DNA of 64,000 nt. It comes from an uncultured virus (IMG/VR IMGVR_UViG_3300003876_000001) (taxonomy: Duplodnaviria; Heunggongvirae; Uroviricota; Caudoviricetes). The stretch lies in IMG/VR virus record IMGVR_UViG_3300003876_000001, positions 1 through 64,000 of that record. One strand, given 5' to 3'. Positions 28,719-34,945 of the stretch are shown here, piece after piece. Numbering within the stretch: the first letter of the stretch is position 1; each line of letters opens with the position of its first letter. The position numbers were made by a program, and so were the translations under genes. Under the pieces are notes generated by a model. That model saw only the letters and a program-made list of their open reading frames with translations, was not told where the DNA came from and ran no database searches.

Positions 28719-28841
28719 ACCACTAGGTAGGACTCGAACCTACAAGGGATGTCCCACATGTTACCATGCAGCAGGGGTTTTCTATAACCCCTACAAACCA
28801 CCTTCAACGGTGATAGTGTATACCTGTTCCACCACTAACAA
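28719..28841 (-). tRNA. Atypical 123-nt tRNA with multi-hairpin variable region
   Basis: Leu-like D arm, ATCAC/GTGGT stem with 8-nt loop, three V hairpins, GTAGGTTCGAGTCCTAC. Confidence 0.55.
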
Positions 28842-28848
28842 TTCATAG

Positions 28849-28924
28849 TAATCGGTAAAGGATTTAAACCTCTATCTGGTGGCTTTTGACCCCACCTATC
28901 CTAGTTCCATTAGACGAACCGATC
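28849..28924 (-). tRNA. tRNA-Glu paralog with 9-nt anticodon loop
   Basis: GGTGG-GGTCAAAAG-CCACC; body similar to 29694-29765. Confidence 0.6.
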
Positions 28925-28997
28925 ATAAACAACGTTGATTAACGGGTTCAACGTTGAAAACCTTTGTAGAATCCAAACCAAAGGTAAGGATCAAAAT

Positions 28998-29642
28998 TTA
29001 TATTATACGACCTTTAATCCAATCGTTTTTTATATAGTCATTTAAATCAAATAATTTAATTTTTTTATTAACATCATTTTTTGTTATCCAACATGTTCCA
29101 TATTGGGAGTTACTTTTCCCTTTTCCCATTCCCTTGCTAGATTCACTCATTTTTCTTTTACTTTCTTCATTATGATATTTATTTTTAAAATTATTATATT
29201 TAAGTTTTCCTTCTTTATGTGTTTTTTTTATTCTTTCCGAAGAAAGTTTTATTTGCATTTTTCTATATGAAGGGTCTTTCCATTTTTCTTTTAAAAATTT
29301 AGATGCACCATTACGAATATTTTCTCTTTTGTCTTCAGATAATCCTATTAATCCACCACCACCACCAACAACTAAATTCATACAATCTTTTTTGGCAATT
29401 TCATTTAAATTAATAATCTCCTTTTCTTTATTTTTTAAATCAATTCTATTTTCAAAGAACTCTAATACTTCAACACTATGATTTTCTTTACCATATTTAT
29501 TAATCGAATATCTTAATCTTTTACCTGAACCATAATAACCATCATTTAAATCATCAGTACTATGCATACCATAATAGTATTTACCGTTTAAATTATTTGT
29601 TGTCTTATACAAATAATGATATTTCTTTTGTTTTCTTGCCAT
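28998..29642 (-). CDS. GIY-YIG homing endonuclease (Seg-like, NUMOD3)
   Basis: YLYKTTN..KYYYG.H, YYGSG, HNEESKRKMS. Confidence 0.85.
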   Translation of the reverse strand: MARKQKKYHYLYKTTNNLNGKYYYGMHSTDDLNDGYYGSGKRLRYSINKYGKENHSVEVLEFFENRIDLKNKEKEIINLNEIAKKDCMNLVVGGGGGLIGLSEDKRENIRNGASKFLKEKWKDPSYRKMQIKLSSERIKKTHKEGKLKYNNFKNKYHNEESKRKMSESSKGMGKGKSNSQYGTCWITKNDVNKKIKLFDLNDYIKNDWIKGRII

Positions 29643-29693
29643 ATTTACAATGTTTAATTATAAATATTACAAAGGTACAAAAACGACCAAAAG

Positions 29694-29765
29694 TACTCGG
29701 TAGGGGAATCGAACCCCTATCTGATGGCTGAAAACCACCCGTCCTAACCGTTAGACGAACCGAGC
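29694..29765 (-). tRNA. tRNA-Glu(TTC)
   Basis: GGTGG-TTTTCAG-CCATC. Confidence 0.9.
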
Positions 29766-29770
29766 AAATA

Positions 29771-29942
29771 AATGTTGAGTTTATAGTTCTTTCACATATT
29801 GGTGTAATCTAACAGTACGAGTACGGTTTCAATATATGATGTTGGAAAAGCCAGACCATGTTAGAGTCGTCATATTACACATAAAGCCGATACTAATCTT
29901 ATGCTGTCGATAGTCTATAAACAACCGCTTCCTTTCAACATT
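29771..29942 (-). ncRNA. ~172-nt rod-like RNA with internal bubbles (6S-like candidate)
   Basis: AATGTTGA/TCAACATT, GTTTATAG/CTATAAAC, GTGTAAT/ATTACAC, TCTAACA/TGTTAGA. Confidence 0.55.
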
Positions 29943-29944
29943 AG

Positions 29945-30016
29945 TGGAGAGTAAGGGAGTCGAACCCTTATCCATTGAGTGCAAGTCAATAATAATAGCC
30001 ATTATACTAACTCCCC
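29945..30016 (-). tRNA. tRNA-Ala(TGC)
   Basis: ATTGA-CTTGCAC-TCAAT; G3.U70. Confidence 0.9.
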
Positions 30017-30151
30017 ATATATTTGCTTATCACGGACAATACACACGACATGTATTTGTTCGAAGCCACCATTATAGTGCTGCCGTCAAGAGTCTCTGCT
30101 CTCTCTTCACAAATAATTTTTTAATAAACAATACGTCAAATAACTTTATTG

Positions 30152-30221
30152 TGGATACTGTCGGAATCGAACCGAAACGTTTGGTATGCAAAACCAACGA
30201 CCTGCCTTTAGCATCAGACCC
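30152..30221 (-). tRNA. tRNA-Ala(TGC), irregular acceptor/D arm
   Basis: TTGGT-TTTGCAT-ACCAA; G3.U70. Confidence 0.7.
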
Positions 30222-30223
30222 AT

Positions 30224-30367
30224 TTACTTTTTAATCACTTCAAAATACTTATCAATCTTTTTATCGACTTCTTCTTTTGTTTTACCTTGGCTGCAAATTG
30301 CTGGTACATCTTTTATGTACGCAAATACTACACCCTTTTCTTTATCTTCAATATAAACTCTTATCAT
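30224..30367 (-). CDS. 47-aa HicB-like (antitoxin N-terminal domain) protein, absent from ORF track
   Basis: MIRVYIEDKEKGVVFAYIKDVPAICSQGKTKEEV. Confidence 0.6.
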   Translation of the reverse strand: MIRVYIEDKEKGVVFAYIKDVPAICSQGKTKEEVDKKIDKYFEVIKK

Positions 30368-30389
30368 AATTTCTAAACCCTTATAAAAC

Positions 30390-30416
30390 AAAAAACCCAA
30401 TCTGTTAGGATTGGGT
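30390..30416 (-). terminator. Attenuator terminator ahead of tRNA-Ala/Glu/Val/Asp operon
   Basis: ACCCAATC-ctaaca-GATTGGGT plus T-tract. Confidence 0.85.
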
Positions 30417-30444
30417 CTTCAATTTCGTTTGGATGTTTTAGTAG

Positions 30445-30532
30445 TTAAACTAATTCACCTTCTCCTGAAGACCCTAGACACAAATCGTCCACCTCAACTG
30501 CTTCCGCAACTAATTGTTCTTGAATTCTTCAT
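30445..30532 (-). CDS. Putative leader peptide ...IQEQLVAEAVEVDDLCLGSSGEGELV (1 nt out of frame with the ATG)
   Basis: Nine consecutive GNN codons at 30510..30484; antiterminator GGGTCTTCA at 30474..30466. Confidence 0.6.
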
Positions 30533-30619
30533 CTTTTTAATTATTTTAAAGTTATTATACTTTGTTCTATATTAAATACGTTGCAAATATAAAAAAGGTT
30601 TAGTTAAGATGCAAGTTTT

Positions 30620-31009
30620 TTAAAAAATATTTTTAAAAAACCCCCTTTTAGATAAAATAGTCTTTGGTGGTGCTTGTAATTTTCTATCCCAATCATGACC
30701 AAAATCTTGCCCTTTAATATATTCTAATAAGATTGGTCTATGTTTCCCATCAAATCTAAAATTACAAATATAGCTATTAAATATAATCATTTGAAAAACA
30801 TCAGATTCAATATTTTTTCTTTTTTTTGCTTTATTAATAATTTTTTTACCCTTTTTATCTATTAAAGTTTCAATAGCATCTAAAAGTTCACTTTGATTTA
30901 ATTTAGTTTTTGTTAATGATATTAAATCCTCTAACGCAAATCTTAATAATCTATGATTATTTTCTTTTGCATTTGTATAATCGAATATAATTTTTTCTCT
31001 AACTTCCAT
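30620..31009 (-). CDS. Hypothetical protein
   Basis: 129-aa ORF downstream of a promoter motif. Confidence 0.55.
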   Translation of the reverse strand: MEVREKIIFDYTNAKENNHRLLRFALEDLISLTKTKLNQSELLDAIETLIDKKGKKIINKAKKRKNIESDVFQMIIFNSYICNFRFDGKHRPILLEYIKGQDFGHDWDRKLQAPPKTILSKRGFFKNIF

Positions 31010-31444
31010 AAAACATTATACGCAACAATAATATGAAAGGTTACATTAATCTTTAAATAACCATTTTCTTAATTTAAGATAGAAAACGGCAATTATTAAA
31101 ATAAGTGCCATATAGCCAAATATTGTCATATTATATATTTTTCTTTTAGAATTTCAATAAATTTTTTTCTTGCAACATTACCCCTAGTATCATTAATAAA
31201 AATAGATTCGATACCATGTCTCATAAATTCCCATTTATCACCTCTAAAATAACCAAGCCAACCAAATTCAAGATTTTCTTTAGTTAACTTATTATTTTCT
31301 TCTTCTATAATTTGCTTTTGTATTGTTGTTAGTTCCGTTTCTTCGATGGAATCTCTTGGCATAATACCATAAAACCAGTATTTCTTCATTCAGTATTAAT
31401 TTTAAAAATAAAATGATTCTAAAATTAAATACTCAAGAATAAAA

Positions 31445-31735
31445 TTAGTGTTCTAACGCTATTTGTCGTATAACTTCTTTACCATCACCCGTTAGTTCAT
31501 AGAATATACTAAATGCTTCTTCATCTTCCTCTAATAGATCAAGTTCAACTAATTCATCACAAACTTTCCATGAAAGTAAATTACCATCAATATCTTCATC
31601 GTGATTAGGATCACGATTTTCAAATTCAGCACACCCATCATTTGCATTAATTAAAAATAATGTTTCAAGATGTTCTTGAGTTAAATCATATGTAAAATAT
31701 AATTTATTACTTAGATATTTAATTGTTTTCTTCAT
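31445..31735 (-). CDS. Hypothetical protein (possible winged helix)
   Basis: ELVELDLL..YELTGDGKE. Confidence 0.45.
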   Translation of the reverse strand: MKKTIKYLSNKLYFTYDLTQEHLETLFLINANDGCAEFENRDPNHDEDIDGNLLSWKVCDELVELDLLEEDEEAFSIFYELTGDGKEVIRQIALEH

Positions 31736-32144
31736 GTTTTCTATAATTTAATAAATAATTATCAATATTTTCTCTACCTGCTGGATTCATTGAATGTCCA
31801 AACCAATCAGGTAATTTTAAATTATTATCCATACAGAATTCTACTAACCACTTAGCACAATCCATACCTGTTTTTTCTTTAAATCCTTGATTTTCTGCCC
31901 ATGAATCATATTTATCATCCCAATGTTCTTTTGGTGCATAATGTTCATCGGCAAGGTCGTGATCAAAACCAATTATAGTTGGCATTACATCATGTTTTTC
32001 ATAATTACGTGTAATATAATCTACGAATTGATTATAATCACGTACAATTTTCCAATGATCATCTCTATATGATGTAAAACTAGTATATTCATACGCATCA
32101 ATTGGATTGCGTATGTCGTCTAAAAATAACCTATATCCTTTCAT
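31719..32144 (-). CDS. Cyclic-phosphate processing receiver-domain protein
   Basis: LFLDDIR, FDHDL, TGMDCAKW, HSMNPAG. Confidence 0.75.
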   Translation of the reverse strand: MKGYRLFLDDIRNPIDAYEYTSFTSYRDDHWKIVRDYNQFVDYITRNYEKHDVMPTIIGFDHDLADEHYAPKEHWDDKYDSWAENQGFKEKTGMDCAKWLVEFCMDNNLKLPDWFGHSMNPAGRENIDNYLLNYRKHEENN

Positions 32145-32716
32145 CTATTTGAGTTTAAATAATAATTTCTTTGTGTAGTATCCATACTTTTTTTAGCAAA
32201 TTTGTCCAATTCATCATTGTCCATATAAACTAATGTTCTTCTTAATACGGAATACATAAACAAATGTTCGCTTTCTATCGATATTTTTTGTGCTTTAGGT
32301 TGAACTTTAATTATACATCTACCCTTTTCACTTACATATATCAATCCCCAATTCTTGGGTAATTCTTCTTCTTTAATTAAATTAGTTGGACAAGCATAAA
32401 ATCTATACTTACCCATTCCTAGTTCAGGATGTTTTCTAAAGTGTTTCTTCTTATCTTTTAAGAAATCAGTTCTACTTACTTTTGCTTCAATAAGTGATGA
32501 TATTCCACTACCAAATCCTATAACATCTGGTCTTTCAGCAGAAGCACTAGAAATTTCTTTAAATATTACACCACATTTCCAATTATAACCTGATCTATTT
32601 AATACTTTTGCACTATAATCTACAACATCTTGATGTGATAAACCCTTTCCTTTCTTTTTAAGAACTTTTTTCTTCCTTTTTTTATAACTACGTTTAATTC
32701 TACTCTTTACTCCCAC
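32141..32716 (-). CDS. MmcB-like PD-(D/E)XK protein
   Basis: ERPDVIG, IEAKVSRTDFLKD, ELPKNWGL. Confidence 0.65.
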   Translation of the reverse strand: MGVKSRIKRSYKKRKKKVLKKKGKGLSHQDVVDYSAKVLNRSGYNWKCGVIFKEISSASAERPDVIGFGSGISSLIEAKVSRTDFLKDKKKHFRKHPELGMGKYRFYACPTNLIKEEELPKNWGLIYVSEKGRCIIKVQPKAQKISIESEHLFMYSVLRRTLVYMDNDELDKFAKKSMDTTQRNYYLNSNR

Positions 32717-33039
32717 TAATAATACTCTTCTAAATCTTTCATATAATCAAAATTTTTAGGTACTTCTTTTAATAGTTTATGATAAAATTCGTTATCAATA
32801 TTACCTAAAATTTCCCATTCAACAGTAGAACATAACATATCATGTGCTCTATACTCATAATTTTCATCAGTCATATATCCAAATTCGATAGCATCAAATT
32901 TAGCTTCAAATTTATTGTAAAGTATTACACAAGGATAGTTATCACCATATCCTAGAATATCACCTTCTTTAATTTCATTACCACATTTAGTATATGTACA
33001 AAGAGTCGAATCACCTTTCTTCAGTCTATTTAATATCAT
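32716..33039 (-). CDS. YopX-like protein
   Basis: GNEIKEGDIL and WEILGNI. Confidence 0.55.
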   Translation of the reverse strand: MILNRLKKGDSTLCTYTKCGNEIKEGDILGYGDNYPCVILYNKFEAKFDAIEFGYMTDENYEYRAHDMLCSTVEWEILGNIDNEFYHKLLKEVPKNFDYMKDLEEYY

Positions 33040-33077
33040 ACGGCAAATATATTAAATAATATTAATAATATCAAGGA

Positions 33078-33533
33078 TTATCCTAAAAATGGTTGAATTA
33101 AACTTTCAATTAGTCTTTTATATAACTCATTATTTTTTTCTACCCACCCCATTTTGATTTGATCACCAGCTTTAGAAAATAATTTAATGTCAAAATTTTC
33201 AAAATTTATTTTATCGTTTTCTTGATCACCATCAATAAATAAAATTAAATCATAATCTTTTTCATCAAACGTATATGTTAATTCAATTTCTAATTCAATA
33301 TTTTCAGTATCATTATTAACATTAGTTTCTTTATTTACAAATGTTGATGAAAATTTCTTGAATTTATTTTTATCACTTAGGCTTGTGATAATATCTTTAA
33401 TTAAATTTGTTTGGAATTCTTTTGAGTTAAGAAGATTATTATGTTCGAATTCGTCTTTAACACCTGTCATACCTAAAAAATCAAATTCAGACAGTTCTTC
33501 ATTGATTACTCTATATAGTTCTTTTCTTTTCAT
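33078..33533 (-). CDS. Hypothetical protein
   Basis: 151-aa ORF preceded by TATTTATA. Confidence 0.6.
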   Translation of the reverse strand: MKRKELYRVINEELSEFDFLGMTGVKDEFEHNNLLNSKEFQTNLIKDIITSLSDKNKFKKFSSTFVNKETNVNNDTENIELEIELTYTFDEKDYDLILFIDGDQENDKINFENFDIKLFSKAGDQIKMGWVEKNNELYKRLIESLIQPFLG

Positions 33534-33586
33534 AAAATCTTTATTATAAATACATTATAGTTTAATAAAAATAAATTTTAAATTTT

Positions 33587-33617
33587 TGTAACCAAAACCT
33601 AAAGTACTACGTATTTA
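33587..33617 (+). promoter_or_regulatory. Phage promoter TGTAAC-N17-CGTATTTA
   Basis: Recurrent motif upstream of the Pro/Gln/His leader. Confidence 0.65.
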
Positions 33618-33788
33618 TTAGCAAGAAAGCGAAGTTATCGCTTAAACGTTTAAGTTAAGTCTTTAAAAAAGAAAAGAAAATAGCTTCTCCCTAGTGTAAT
33701 AACTGAGGGTAGGTAAAAGTTTTTTGCAAAATGACTTGTTTATTTAAATTATATGTATTATAATTGCGTTGAATTAAAAAATAGAACA

Positions 33789-33872
33789 ATGAAAAGATTA
33801 GTTAACATAGTAGGTCAACCCCAACCGCAGCATCAACATCAGATGTTGAACGGGGAGAATATGTCTAGTTAA
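33789..33872 (+). CDS. Putative attenuation leader peptide MKRLVNIVGQPQPQHQHQMLNGENMSS
   Basis: 27-aa ORF with CAA CCC CAA CCG CAG CAT CAA CAT CAG run, followed by antiterminator, terminator and tRNA-Pro/Gln/His. Confidence 0.8.
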   Translation: MKRLVNIVGQPQPQHQHQMLNGENMSS

Positions 33873-33897
33873 CTATTGTAATTATAATAATTAATAG

Positions 33898-33932
33898 AAC
33901 CCTGTTCACATCAAAATGAACAGGGTTTTTTT
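33898..33932 (+). terminator. Attenuator terminator ahead of tRNA-Pro/His/Gln operon
   Basis: AACCCTGTTCA-catcaaaa-TGAACAGGGTT plus T-tract. Confidence 0.87.
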
Positions 33933-33977
33933 ATGTTCATACTTTTGTAAAACGTTACAAATTTTAATATTAAATAT

Positions 33978-34053
33978 CTAGGTGCGATCCATGAGGTGTG
34001 GTTGCTCGACTTGGAATCGAGATTATTTACAGGTTCAACTCCTGTCACTTAGA
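33978..34053 (+). tRNA. tRNA-Pro(TGG)
   Basis: CTCGA-CTTGGAA-TCGAG; C1-G72, A73. Confidence 0.82.
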
Positions 34054-34079
34054 CTTATTGTTCTTTGATTTATTAATAT

Positions 34080-34155
34080 CGGGTAATGGACTAATCAGGT
34101 AAGTCGCTTCGTTTGGGACGAAGACATCATGGGGGTTCGATTCCCTCTTACCCGA
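34080..34155 (+). tRNA. tRNA-Pro(TGG)
   Basis: CTTCG-TTTGGGA-CGAAG; CGGGTAA/TTACCCG. Confidence 0.9.
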
Positions 34156-34169
34156 CTTATAACTTTTCA

Positions 34170-34236
34170 TATATGAAAGGTAGCATTGTCGGGTCGTGAC
34201 CCCGAAGGTATGGATTCGATTTCCATTAAACACCCA
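34170..34236 (+). pseudogene. tRNA-His(GTG)-like, 5' acceptor strand missing
   Basis: TCGGG-TCGTGAC-CCCGA; ATGGA-TTCGATT-TCCAT. Confidence 0.55.
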
Positions 34237-34239
34237 TAT

Positions 34240-34312
34240 TGACTTATTGTATAACGGTTTATTACGCCAAATTTTGAATTTGGAGATTCTGGTTCGATTC
34301 CAGATAGGTCAG
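34240..34312 (+). tRNA. tRNA-Gln(TTG)
   Basis: CCAAA-TTTTGAA-TTTGG; T1-A72, G73. Confidence 0.9.
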
Positions 34313-34317
34313 CAAAT

Positions 34318-34390
34318 GGTGTTCGTAGTATAACGGTAAACACGCTTGATTGTGATTCAAGTAATGCCTGTTCGATTCTGGTCGAACACC
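34318..34390 (+). tRNA. tRNA-His(GTG)
   Basis: CTTGA-TTGTGAT-TCAAG; G-1/C73. Confidence 0.9.
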
Positions 34391-34398
34391 CAAAATAT

Positions 34399-34469
34399 TC
34401 CCATATGGGGTAATAGTAACTCGCAACACTTTGAATGTTGAGCCATAGGAGCGTAACCTATTATGGGTG
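34399..34469 (+). tRNA. tRNA-Gln(TTG), atypical T loop
   Basis: CAACA-CTTTGAA-TGTTG; T loop AGCGTAA. Confidence 0.78.
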
Positions 34470-34479
34470 CAAATAAATA

Positions 34480-34758
34480 TTGATTGAAAATTCAGAATAT
34501 AGACACACTTCCAATTTAAAAGAAAGATTATATAAAGAAGGTTTAAAAAAACGTGAATGTGAATTATGTGGACAAGGTGAAGAATGGAGAGGAAAAAAAA
34601 TGAGTCTAATTCTTGATCATATTAATGGAACGAATAATGATAATAGGATTAAAAACCTAAGAATTGCATGTCCAAATTGTAATGCAACATTAGATACACA
34701 TTGTGGAAAAAATAAAAATTCAAGAGGTACTAAAAGAATCATCAATAACAAAAAATAA
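34480..34758 (+). CDS. HNH endonuclease (C-terminal domain)
   Basis: CELCG, LDHING..DNR..NLR..CPNC. Confidence 0.8.
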   Translation: MIENSEYRHTSNLKERLYKEGLKKRECELCGQGEEWRGKKMSLILDHINGTNNDNRIKNLRIACPNCNATLDTHCGKNKNSRGTKRIINNKK

Positions 34759-34945
34759 ACACATTCCATGATCTTCAGTAACCCATCCTAAATCAGTCAT
34801 ACGATTGACTAACTTAGGTGCTATAAACATTCTACCTTTCATTATTTCTTGATATGCATTATGTTTTTTGAAGTCTTTTGAAAAAAAGACTTTCTTGATT
34901 TCCTTTTTAGTTTTCTAGGAATTCTCTTAGGATTTTTTATTGCTT

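Larger units (their letters stand above)
28570..28992 (-). repeat. Two ~63-bp structured repeats (28570-28632, 28930-28992)
   Basis: Shared CAACGTTGA/TCAACGTTG hairpin and ACCTT/AAGGT pairing. Confidence 0.75.

Noticed and set aside
28481..28848. ORFs 28481..28807 and 28639..28848
   Set aside because: They overlap tRNA-Trp, tRNA-Val and structured RNAs; shadow ORFs
29944..30234. Plus-strand 96-aa ORF
   Set aside because: Antisense to two tRNA-Ala genes
34045..34233. Minus-strand 62-aa ORF
   Set aside because: Antisense to tRNA-Pro and the His-like element
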